A program made the translations under genes and the position numbers. A stretch of DNA of 64,000 bases from Candidatus Egerieimonas intestinavium (lineage in GTDB: Bacteria > Bacillota > Clostridia > Lachnospirales > Lachnospiraceae), in NCBI GenBank assembly GCA_018711815.1, contig DVHU01000104.1:90-64089 (forward strand), in the 5' to 3' direction. The notes below the pieces were generated by a model. That model was not told the origin of the DNA. It ran no database searches and worked only from the letters and a program-made list of their open reading frames with translations. Positions 34,574-42,270 of the stretch are shown one piece after another (position 1 is the first letter of the stretch; each line of letters begins with the position of its first letter).

Positions 34574-35986
34574 ATGTCAGATATGGTAAAAAAACCGATT
34601 AAAATTACTGAGACTATTCTGCGAGACGCGCACCAGTCTCTGATTGCGACCCGTATGTCCACAGAGCAGATGCTGCCCATCGTAGAAAAGCTGGATAAAG
34701 TGGGTTATCATTCTGTGGAGTGCTGGGGAGGAGCCACCTTCGACGCTTCCCTGCGTTTCCTGAAGGAAGATCCCTGGGACAGACTGAGAAAGTTCCGGGA
34801 GGGCTTCAAGAATACCAAGCTGCAGATGCTCTTCCGCGGACAGAACATCCTGGGCTACCGTCCCTACGCCGACGACGTGGTGGAGTACTTTGTACAGAAA
34901 TCCATCGCCAACGGTATTGATATCATCCGTATTTTCGACTGTCTGAACGATCTGCGCAACCTGCAGACCGCAGTAACCGCAGCCAATAAGGAGGGAGGAC
35001 ACGCTCAGGTGGCGCTGTCCTACACCCTGGGAGACGCTTACACCCTGGAGTACTGGACCAGCATGGCCAAGAAGGTTGAGGAGATGGGCGCTAACTCCAT
35101 CTGTATCAAGGATATGGCCGGTCTGCTGCTGCCGTACCAGGCCACCGAGCTGGTGACAGCGCTGAAATCCGCAGTGAAGATCCCCATCCAGCTGCACACC
35201 CACTACACCTCCGGCGTGGCTTCCATGACTTATTTGAAGGCCGTTGAGGCTGGCGTTGACGTGATCGACACCGCCATGTCTCCCTTCGCGCTGGGAACCT
35301 CCCAGCCGGCCACCGAGGTTATGGTTGAGACCTTCAAGGGAACTCCCTACGACACCGGCTTCGATCAGAAGCTGCTGGCGGAGATCGCCGACTACTTCCG
35401 TCCCATCCGTGACGAGGCTCTGGACAGCGGTCTGTTAAATCCCAAGAATCTGGGCGTAAATATCAAGACCCTGCTGTATCAGGTGCCGGGCGGTATGCTC
35501 TCCAACCTGACCAGCCAGCTGAAGGAGCAGCACGCGGAGGACAAGTTCTACGAGGTTCTGGAAGAGGTGCCGAGAGTAAGAAAAGACCTGGGCGAGCCGC
35601 CTCTGGTAACTCCCTCCTCTCAGATCGTGGGAACTCAGGCTGTGTTCAACGTGATCATGGGCGAGCGCTACAAGATGGTTACCAAGGAGACCAAGGACGT
35701 GCTCAGCGGCAAGTACGGAGCTACCGTGAAGCCTTTCGACCCGGAGGTGCAGAAGAAGTGCATCGGAGACGCAGAGGTAATCACCTGCCGTCCTGCAGAC
35801 CTGCTGGACAACGAGCTGGCTACCCTGGAGTCCGAGATGGCTCAGTACAAAGAGCAGGATGAGGATGTTCTGTCCTACGCCCTGTTCCCCCAGGTGGCTA
35901 CCGACTTCTTCAAGTACAGAGATGCCCAGAAGACTAAGGTGGACGCCACTGTGGCCGACAGCGAAAACGGAGCTTATCCCGTGTAA
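34574..35986 (+). CDS. Oxaloacetate/pyruvate-type carboxyltransferase (OadA / 5S-like) lacking a biotinyl domain
   Basis: 470 aa: KITETILRDAHQSL, ECWGGATFD, LQMLFRGQNILGYR, IKDMAGLL, HTHYTSG. The C-terminal conserved region PSSQIVGTQA is present. There is no AMKM biotin motif. Confidence 0.85.
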   Translation: MSDMVKKPIKITETILRDAHQSLIATRMSTEQMLPIVEKLDKVGYHSVECWGGATFDASLRFLKEDPWDRLRKFREGFKNTKLQMLFRGQNILGYRPYADDVVEYFVQKSIANGIDIIRIFDCLNDLRNLQTAVTAANKEGGHAQVALSYTLGDAYTLEYWTSMAKKVEEMGANSICIKDMAGLLLPYQATELVTALKSAVKIPIQLHTHYTSGVASMTYLKAVEAGVDVIDTAMSPFALGTSQPATEVMVETFKGTPYDTGFDQKLLAEIADYFRPIRDEALDSGLLNPKNLGVNIKTLLYQVPGGMLSNLTSQLKEQHAEDKFYEVLEEVPRVRKDLGEPPLVTPSSQIVGTQAVFNVIMGERYKMVTKETKDVLSGKYGATVKPFDPEVQKKCIGDAEVITCRPADLLDNELATLESEMAQYKEQDEDVLSYALFPQVATDFFKYRDAQKTKVDATVADSENGAYPV

Positions 35987-36014
35987 GGATTTATAGTAAA
36001 AATTAGAGGACGAT

Positions 36015-36079
36015 GGGGTTGTTGCACTATTCGATATTCGTTAATTGCAGCAGCCCCGGCGTTCTCTTTTTTTCTTTTT
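36015..36079 (+). terminator. Terminator of the decarboxylase operon
   Basis: GGGGTTGTTGCA (36015-36026) pairs with TGCAGCAGCCCC (36046-36057), 12 bp including 2 G-U. A long T-rich run follows (36067-36079). Confidence 0.65.
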
Positions 36080-36096
36080 ATAAGGAGGTACCAGAG

Positions 36097-37224
36097 ATGG
36101 AGCAGATGAATATCGGAGAAAATATTCTGCGGCTGCGCCGGGAACACCGCATTACCCAGGAGGTGCTGGCGGATTTTGTTGGAGTCACCAAGGCATCCGT
36201 CTCCAAATGGGAGACCAATCAGAGCAAGCCGGACATTCTGCTGCTGCCTCAGCTGGCGGCCTTCTTTGGGGTCACCGTGGATGAGCTCCTGGGCTATGAG
36301 CCCCAGCTGTCTAAGGAACAGATACAGAAGCTTTATCGGGAGCTGGCCGAGGATTTCACCCGACTGGAGCTGGAGCAGGTGGAAGAGAAAATCGACGCCT
36401 ACGTGAATCGCTATTATTCCTGCTATCCCTTTCTCTTTCAGGTTTGCATCCTGTGGCTCAACCACTATATGCTGGCGCAGGAGCCGGAGAAGCAGGCAGA
36501 GCTTTTGAAGCGGATTCAAAAGCTCTGCGGCCGTATCCAGGAGGGTAGCAGAGATTCCCGGCTGTGCGGAGATGCGGCTATGCTGTCGGCTATGGTTTCC
36601 ATGTATCTGGGCAAGCCCCAGGAGCTTATCACTATCCTGGAGGAGGAGAGGAATCCCGGCAGGCTGTCCCAGCAGGGGGATGCCCTGCTGACTAGCGCCT
36701 ACCTGATGAAGGGAGATCTGGAGAAGGCCCGAAGCTTTTCCCAGATCAGCATGTACCTGAATCTGGGAAATCTCCTGGGGAATGCCTCCCGCTATCTGGC
36801 GGCCTGCGCCGGAGAGCTGCCGGTTATCCGGGAGACTGTCCGGCGGATAGGGAGAGTGACAGAGGAGTACCGGCTGGTGAAGCTGATGCCCAACAATGTG
36901 GCGGGCTTTGCCTACCAGGCAGCCTTAAGCTTTCTGGCCTTTGAGGAGAAGGAGGAGGCCCTGGGGCAGCTGAAAATCTACATGGCCTGTCTGCGGGAGC
37001 TGCTGAAGGAGCAGGGGCTTCTCCTGCACGGGGATGACTATTTTGACCGGCTGGAGCATTGGATTCAGAGGTTAGACAGCGGAGCTGAGGCACCCAGGGA
37101 CAGGAAAAGCGTCCTTAGGGATATGGCTGCTTCCCTGGACGCGCCGGCCTTCGCGCCCCTGGGGGAGGATAAAATTTTCCGGCAGCTGAAGACGGAGCTG
37201 AGGGAAATACTCCATTTCAGTTGA
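36097..37224 (+). CDS. XRE-family HTH regulator with C-terminal helical-repeat (TPR-like) domain
   Basis: N-terminal HTH_3 (IGENILRLRREHRITQEVLADFVGVTKASVSKWETNQSKPDI) plus ~300 aa of helical repeats. AGGAGG RBS. Confidence 0.8.
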   Translation: MEQMNIGENILRLRREHRITQEVLADFVGVTKASVSKWETNQSKPDILLLPQLAAFFGVTVDELLGYEPQLSKEQIQKLYRELAEDFTRLELEQVEEKIDAYVNRYYSCYPFLFQVCILWLNHYMLAQEPEKQAELLKRIQKLCGRIQEGSRDSRLCGDAAMLSAMVSMYLGKPQELITILEEERNPGRLSQQGDALLTSAYLMKGDLEKARSFSQISMYLNLGNLLGNASRYLAACAGELPVIRETVRRIGRVTEEYRLVKLMPNNVAGFAYQAALSFLAFEEKEEALGQLKIYMACLRELLKEQGLLLHGDDYFDRLEHWIQRLDSGAEAPRDRKSVLRDMAASLDAPAFAPLGEDKIFRQLKTELREILHFS

Positions 37225-37290
37225 GAGGGCTAAGAGAATTGGTGGCGGTGAGGCCGAAAGGCTGAAGTGCTGCGAGAATTTTGCAAGAGT

Positions 37291-37323
37291 CCTGGAAAAT
37301 GATTGCATTTTCCAGGGCTTTTG
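37291..37323 (+). terminator. Terminator after the XRE regulator
   Basis: CCTGGAAAAT (37291-37300) pairs with ATTTTCCAGG (37307-37316), followed by GCTTTTG. Confidence 0.8.
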
Positions 37324-37332
37324 TGCTATAAT
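37303..37332 (+). promoter_or_regulatory. Candidate promoter of the RpiR-family gene, overlapping the terminator
   Basis: TTGCAT (37303-37308), 18-nt spacer, TATAAT (37327-37332). Confidence 0.5.
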
Positions 37333-37399
37333 GTGCCTTATGATGAAAGAGAACTTGCAAAAGAAAGGCAAAATTGCAGGAAAGTGTGAAGTGAGGAGC

Positions 37400-38323
37400 A
37401 TGGAACAGGCAGAAAATCTCATCGGAAAAATAAACAGACAGTACGGCAAATTCAGCAAGGGCCAGAAGAAGCTGGCGGAGTATATCTGCCATAATTATGA
37501 TAAGGCGGTATTTCTGACGGCCGCCAAGCTGGGGGCTGAGGTGGGGGTCAGCGAGTCCACCACCGTGCGCTTTGCCACCCAGCTGGGCTACCAGGGGTAT
37601 CCTGAGTTTCAGCGGGCCCTGGAGGAGCTGGTGCGAAACAAGCTGAACTCTATCCAGCGGATGGAGGTGACCTTTGGCCGGGTGCCTCAGTCAGAGATTC
37701 TGGATACGGTGTTTCAGTCGGATATCAATAAAATCAAGCTGACCATGGAGGACATTGACCACGAGGCCTTTGACCTGGCGGTGGAGACCGTACTTCAGGC
37801 CAGAACCATATACATTGTAGGTATCAGAAGCTGCGCTCCCCTGGCCAGCTTCCTGGGCTTTTATCTGAATCTGATCATGGACGATGTGCGCTTAATTCAG
37901 ACTAATTCCGCCAGCGAGACCTTTGAGCAGATGCTGCGGCTGGGGGAGGAGGACGTGGTGATCGGCATCAGTTTCCCCCGGTACTCCATGCGCACCCTGA
38001 AGGCTCTGGAGTTTGCCAACAACCGGAATGCCAAGGTGATCACCTTGACGGACAGCGTTCATTCTCCCATCAACCTGTATTCCTCCTGCAACCTGATTGC
38101 CAGGAGCGACATGGCCTCCATCGTGGATTCCCTGGTGGCCCCCCTGTCGGTGGTCAACGCCCTGGTGGTGGCCCTCTGCATGAAAAAACAGAAGGAAGTG
38201 GTGGGTACTCTGGAATCCCTGGAGAAAATATGGGATGAATACCAGGTCTACAACAGCGACGAGATCGATCACGTGGGCGGAAATGTGGACCTTTCCAGAC
38301 GGTCGGAGAGGGAGAAGAAATGA
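37400..38323 (+). CDS. MurR/RpiR-family transcriptional regulator (HTH_6 + SIS domain)
   Basis: KGQKKLAEYICHNYDKAVFLTAAKLGAEVGVSESTVVRF-like HTH, and a SIS domain (IYIVGIRSCAPLASFL). GAGGAG RBS before ATG 37400. Confidence 0.85.
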   Translation: MEQAENLIGKINRQYGKFSKGQKKLAEYICHNYDKAVFLTAAKLGAEVGVSESTTVRFATQLGYQGYPEFQRALEELVRNKLNSIQRMEVTFGRVPQSEILDTVFQSDINKIKLTMEDIDHEAFDLAVETVLQARTIYIVGIRSCAPLASFLGFYLNLIMDDVRLIQTNSASETFEQMLRLGEEDVVIGISFPRYSMRTLKALEFANNRNAKVITLTDSVHSPINLYSSCNLIARSDMASIVDSLVAPLSVVNALVVALCMKKQKEVVGTLESLEKIWDEYQVYNSDEIDHVGGNVDLSRRSEREKK

Positions 38324-39546
38324 GCGAGATATTGATTGTGGGGGGAGGCGCCGCCGGCATGTTTGCTGGAATATGCGCCGCGAAAAAAGGCTGCAGCGTC
38401 AAGCTTTTTGAGCAGAATGAGAAGCTGGGCAAGAAGCTTTTTATTACGGGGAAGGGGCGGTGCAATTTTACCAACGCCTGCACCCAGGAGGAGCTTCTGG
38501 AGCACACGGTCACGAACCCGAAATTCCTCTACAGCGCCTATCATGGCTGCAGCAGCTGGGATATGATTGCTTTCTTTGAGGAGCTGGGGGTTCCCACCAA
38601 GGTGGAGCGGGGGAACCGGGCTTTTCCCGCCTCAGATCACTCCTCGGATATTATCCGGGCCCTGGAGAGGGAGCTAAAAAGACTGGGCGTTCAGGTATTT
38701 CTCAACACCCGGGTGGAAAAACTGGATATAGACGGGGGAGCAGTCCGGGGGATTTTTCTGGAGACCGGGAAGAGGATCCCTGGGGATAAGGTGATCGTGG
38801 CCACTGGCGGCCTCTCTTACCCCTCCACCGGTTCCACCGGAGACGGTCTGCGTTTCGCCCGGGAGGCTGGGCTTACGGTTACCGATTGTTATCCCTCCCT
38901 GGTGCCCTTTAACACGGAGGAAGAGTATTTGCGCAGACTCCAGGGCCTGTCCCTGAAAAATGTAACCCTCACGGTGGAGCGGGAGGGGGAATGCCTGTAT
39001 CGGGAATTCGGGGAGATGCTCTTTACCCACTTTGGGATCAGCGGTCCCCTGGTGCTGACGGCCAGCGCCCATCTGGCCCCCTTGGCCGCCCGGGAGAGGC
39101 TTAAGGCCTATGTGGATTTAAAGCCGGCCCTTACCAGAGAGCAGCTGGATGAAAAGCTTCTGCGGCTCTTTGAGGAGGGACACAAGAAGCAGTTTAAAAA
39201 CGTGGTGGCGGGGATGTTTCCCGCCAAGCTGCTGCCGGTGATGGTGGAGCTCTCGGGCATCTCCGGGGAGAAGCCTTCCCACGGGGTATCCCGGGAGGAG
39301 CGCCGGCGGTTTGTGGAGCTTATCAAGGCGCTTCCCATGACGGTTACCGGCCTTCGGGGATATAAGGAAGCCATCATCACCAAGGGCGGTGTGGCGGTGT
39401 CTGAGATTTCCCCAAAAACCATGGAGGCCAGGAAGATCCAGGGGCTCTGTTTCATCGGGGAGGTTCTGGATCTGGATGCGGTGACCGGTGGATTTAATCT
39501 GCAGATTGCCTGGTCCACAGCCGCGGCTTGTGCCAGCGCTATATAA
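38320..39546 (+). CDS. NAD(P)/FAD-dependent oxidoreductase, HI0933/BaiN-like flavoprotein
   Basis: Dinucleotide fold ILIVGGGAAGMFAG, FITGKGRCNFTN, ATGGLSYPSTGSTGDG, and the C-terminal ITKGGV...GEVLDLDAVTGGFNLQIAWSTA. Confidence 0.8.
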   Translation: MSEILIVGGGAAGMFAGICAAKKGCSVKLFEQNEKLGKKLFITGKGRCNFTNACTQEELLEHTVTNPKFLYSAYHGCSSWDMIAFFEELGVPTKVERGNRAFPASDHSSDIIRALERELKRLGVQVFLNTRVEKLDIDGGAVRGIFLETGKRIPGDKVIVATGGLSYPSTGSTGDGLRFAREAGLTVTDCYPSLVPFNTEEEYLRRLQGLSLKNVTLTVEREGECLYREFGEMLFTHFGISGPLVLTASAHLAPLAARERLKAYVDLKPALTREQLDEKLLRLFEEGHKKQFKNVVAGMFPAKLLPVMVELSGISGEKPSHGVSREERRRFVELIKALPMTVTGLRGYKEAIITKGGVAVSEISPKTMEARKIQGLCFIGEVLDLDAVTGGFNLQIAWSTAAACASAI

Positions 39547-39559
39547 TAAGGAGGTTAAG

Positions 39560-40225
39560 ATGTTCAATATTGCCATTGACGGACCGGCGGGAGCCGGAAA
39601 AAGCACCATTGCCAGACGGGTGGCGAAGGCCCTGTCCTATATCTATGTGGACACGGGAGCCATGTACCGGGCCATGGCCCTGTACCTGATCCGCCAGGGA
39701 ATTTCCCCTCAGGATGAGCGGGCCATCCAGGAGGCCTGTGCCAGCGCCCGCATATCCATCGCCTATGTGGACGGGGAGCAGCAGGTGCTTTTAAATGATG
39801 AGAATGTGACGCCCTATCTCCGGCAGGAGGCGGTGGGGAATATGGCTTCCGCTTCATCGGGAAACCGGAAGGTGCGGGAGAAACTGGTGGAGCTGCAGCA
39901 GCAGCTGGCCGCCCGGGAGAATGTGGTCATGGACGGCCGGGATATCGGAACCCAGGTGCTTCCTGAGGCTCAGGTAAAAATCTATCTCACCGCCAGCGCC
40001 CACACCAGAGCCCGGCGCCGTTTCCTGGAGCTGGAGCAGAAGGGCCTTACGGCGGATCTGAAGCAGATCGAGGAGGATATCAATCAACGAGATTATCAGG
40101 ATATGCACCGGGAGATTTCGCCCCTGCGCCAGGCGGAGGACGCCGTGCTGGTGGACTCCTCGGATATGACCATTGATGAGGTGGTGGAGGCAATCCTGAG
40201 CCTGTGCCGGGAGAGGGGAGTATAG
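39560..40225 (+). CDS. cmk: Cytidylate kinase
   Basis: MFNIAIDGPAGAGKSTIA P-loop, YVDTGAMYRA, DGRDIGT. AGGAGG RBS. Confidence 0.95.
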   Translation: MFNIAIDGPAGAGKSTIARRVAKALSYIYVDTGAMYRAMALYLIRQGISPQDERAIQEACASARISIAYVDGEQQVLLNDENVTPYLRQEAVGNMASASSGNRKVREKLVELQQQLAARENVVMDGRDIGTQVLPEAQVKIYLTASAHTRARRRFLELEQKGLTADLKQIEEDINQRDYQDMHREISPLRQAEDAVLVDSSDMTIDEVVEAILSLCRERGV

Positions 40226-41077
40226 ATGGAAATTCTGCGTGCGAAGACGGCGGGCTTCTGCTTCGGCGTGCGCCGGGCGGTGGATACGGTCTACCAGCAG
40301 GTGGAGAAGAGCCGGGAGCCGGTGTACACCTTCGGCCCGATTATTCACAATGAACAGGTGGTGGCTGACCTGGAGGCCCGGGGCGTTCAGGTGGTGGAGA
40401 GGGCGGAGGAGCTGGAAAAGCTCTCCGGCGGAACGGTGATTATCCGTTCCCACGGAGTGCCAAAATCCGTCTGCGATAAGATTCACGCCTGCGGCTTAAA
40501 GTGTGTGGATGCCACCTGTCCCTTTGTAAAAAAGATTCACCGGATTGCGGAGCGGGAGAGCCAAAAGGGCCGCCATGTGGTGATCATCGGCAATGACGGA
40601 CATCCGGAGGTGGAGGGAATCAAGGGCTGGTGCAGCGGCCCGGTGACGGTTCTGGGAACCGCCCGGGAGGCGGAGGAATTTGCCCCAAAAGAGGGCACAA
40701 CTCTTTGTATTGTTTCCCAGACGACATTTAATTACAACAAATTTAAAGATTTAGTTGAAATTCTTGAGAAAAAGAGGTATGATAGTATTGTTTTAAATAC
40801 GATTTGCAGCGCTACAGAAGAGCGGCAGGCGGAAGCCAGGGAGATTGCGGCCCAGGTGGATACCATGATTGTCATAGGAGGAAGCCACAGTTCCAACACC
40901 CGGAAGCTCTATGAGATCTGCAAACAAGAATGTGAAAATACTTACCATATACAAACAAGTGTTGATTTGGATAAAAAGCCTTTTCAATGTATTGGTCGTG
41001 TAGGTATTACAGCTGGGGCGTCAACCCCAAATAATATAATTGAGGAGGTTCAAAAACATGTCAGAGTTGAGTTTTGA
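40226..41077 (+). CDS. ispH: 4-hydroxy-3-methylbut-2-enyl diphosphate reductase
   Basis: GFCFGVRRAV, IIHN, SHGV, DATCPFV, VSQTT, NTICSAT, IVIGGSHSSNT. Confidence 0.95.
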   Translation: MEILRAKTAGFCFGVRRAVDTVYQQVEKSREPVYTFGPIIHNEQVVADLEARGVQVVERAEELEKLSGGTVIIRSHGVPKSVCDKIHACGLKCVDATCPFVKKIHRIAERESQKGRHVVIIGNDGHPEVEGIKGWCSGPVTVLGTAREAEEFAPKEGTTLCIVSQTTFNYNKFKDLVEILEKKRYDSIVLNTICSATEERQAEAREIAAQVDTMIVIGGSHSSNTRKLYEICKQECENTYHIQTSVDLDKKPFQCIGRVGITAGASTPNNIIEEVQKHVRVEF

Positions 41078-42140
41078 ACAAATGCTGGAAGATTCTTTAA
41101 AAACTATCAGAAATGGAGAGGTAGTCGAGGGCACCGTCATCGATGTCAAGGAAGATGAGATCATTTTAAATATAGGCTATAAAGCAGACGGTATTCTGAC
41201 CAAGAACGAATACAGCAACGACAACAGCATTGATCTGAGCCAGGTTGTTCACGTGGGCGACACCATGGAGGTGAAGGTGCTGAAGGTGAACGACGGCGAG
41301 GGCCAGGTGCTTCTGACCTACAAGAGACTGGCTGCCGAGAAGGGCAACCGCCGCCTGGAGGAGGCTTTCGAGAGCCAGGAGGTTCTGAAGGCTAAGGTTA
41401 CTCAGGTGCTGAACGGAGGCTTAAGCGTAGTGGTTGACGAGGCCAGAGTATTTATCCCTGCCAGCCTGGTGTCCGACACCTACGAGAAGGATCTTTCCAA
41501 GTACGCTGATCAGGAGATTGAGTTCGTGATCACCGAGTTCAATCCCAGAAAGCGCCGCATCATCGGCGACAGAAAGAAGCTTCTGATGGCTGAGAAGGCC
41601 CAGAAGCAGAAGGAGCTCTTTGAGCGCATCCAGCCCGGCGATGTGGTTGAGGGCGTGGTGAAGAATGTGACCGATTTCGGCGCATTCATCGATCTGGGCG
41701 GAGCAGACGGACTGCTTCACATTTCTGAGATGTCCTGGGGAAGAATTGAGAATCCCAAGAAGGTTCTGAAGACCGGCGAGACCGTGCGCGTGCTGATCAA
41801 GGAGATCAACGGCGACAAGATTGCCCTGAGCCGCAAGTTTGAGGATGAGAATCCCTGGCTGAACGCTGCTGAGAAGTATGCGGTAGGCAACGAGGTAGAG
41901 GGTAGAATCGCCCGTATGACCGATTTCGGCGCATTTGTGGAGCTGGAGCCGGGTATCGACGCGCTGCTGCACGTATCTCAGATTTCCAGAGAGCATGTGG
42001 CAAAACCCTCTGACGTGCTGACCATCGGACAGGTGATCACCGCTAAGGTTGTGGACTTCAACAATGAGGAGAAGAAGATCAGCCTGAGCATGAAATCTTT
42101 GGAGGCCCCTGCAGATTCCCAGGAGGGAGCACAGGAGTAA
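41058..42140 (+). CDS. rpsA: 30S ribosomal protein S1 (four S1 domains)
   Basis: Repeated S1 motifs (GEVVEGTVIDV, VVEGVVKNVTDFGAFIDLGGADGLLHISE, VEGRIARMTDFGAFVEL...LLHVSQ). AGA/CGC-biased codon usage. Overlaps the ispH end by 20 nt. Confidence 0.9.
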   Translation: MSELSFEQMLEDSLKTIRNGEVVEGTVIDVKEDEIILNIGYKADGILTKNEYSNDNSIDLSQVVHVGDTMEVKVLKVNDGEGQVLLTYKRLAAEKGNRRLEEAFESQEVLKAKVTQVLNGGLSVVVDEARVFIPASLVSDTYEKDLSKYADQEIEFVITEFNPRKRRIIGDRKKLLMAEKAQKQKELFERIQPGDVVEGVVKNVTDFGAFIDLGGADGLLHISEMSWGRIENPKKVLKTGETVRVLIKEINGDKIALSRKFEDENPWLNAAEKYAVGNEVEGRIARMTDFGAFVELEPGIDALLHVSQISREHVAKPSDVLTIGQVITAKVVDFNNEEKKISLSMKSLEAPADSQEGAQE

Positions 42141-42154
42141 ATTTCGGAAACTTT

Positions 42155-42183
42155 AAAAGGGTGTCTGCAAGGACACCCTTTTT
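42155..42183 (+). terminator. Rho-independent terminator after rpsA
   Basis: AAAAGGGTGTC-tgcaag-GACACCCTTTTT. Confidence 0.9.
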
Positions 42184-42270
42184 GTATTAGGCAGATTAGC
42201 GGAAACGAGGAAAAGCGGACGGGGGATCAGGCATAAGAAGCGCTAAAAACATAAGGAAGGAATAGGAACA

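Noticed and set aside
30706-35986. Reading the carboxyltransferase + BCCP genes as acetyl-CoA carboxylase for fatty-acid synthesis, or as pyruvate carboxylase
   Set aside because: No biotin carboxylase (ATP-grasp AccC/PycA) gene is present. An OadB-type Na+ pump subunit and an OadG-like subunit sit inside the operon, so a decarboxylase or transcarboxylase role fits better.
35974-36519. 181-aa minus-strand ORF overlapping the decarboxylase operon end and the XRE regulator start
   Set aside because: It is antisense to the clear HTH-coding region, spans a terminator, and has no motif or RBS.
37299-37331. 10-codon ORF (MIAFSRAFVL) downstream of the XRE-TPR regulator as a quorum-sensing pro-peptide
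   Set aside because: It lies within the terminator stem and promoter of the next gene, has no RBS, and is far shorter than known RRNPP pro-peptides.
40226-42140. ispH-rpsA as a frameshifted version of the fused IspH/S1 protein seen in some Clostridia
   Set aside because: ispH has a normal C-terminus and stop at 41077. rpsA has its own GAGGAGG RBS and ATG at 41058. The 20-nt overlap is compatible with two intact coupled genes, and I see no evidence of a disrupted frame.
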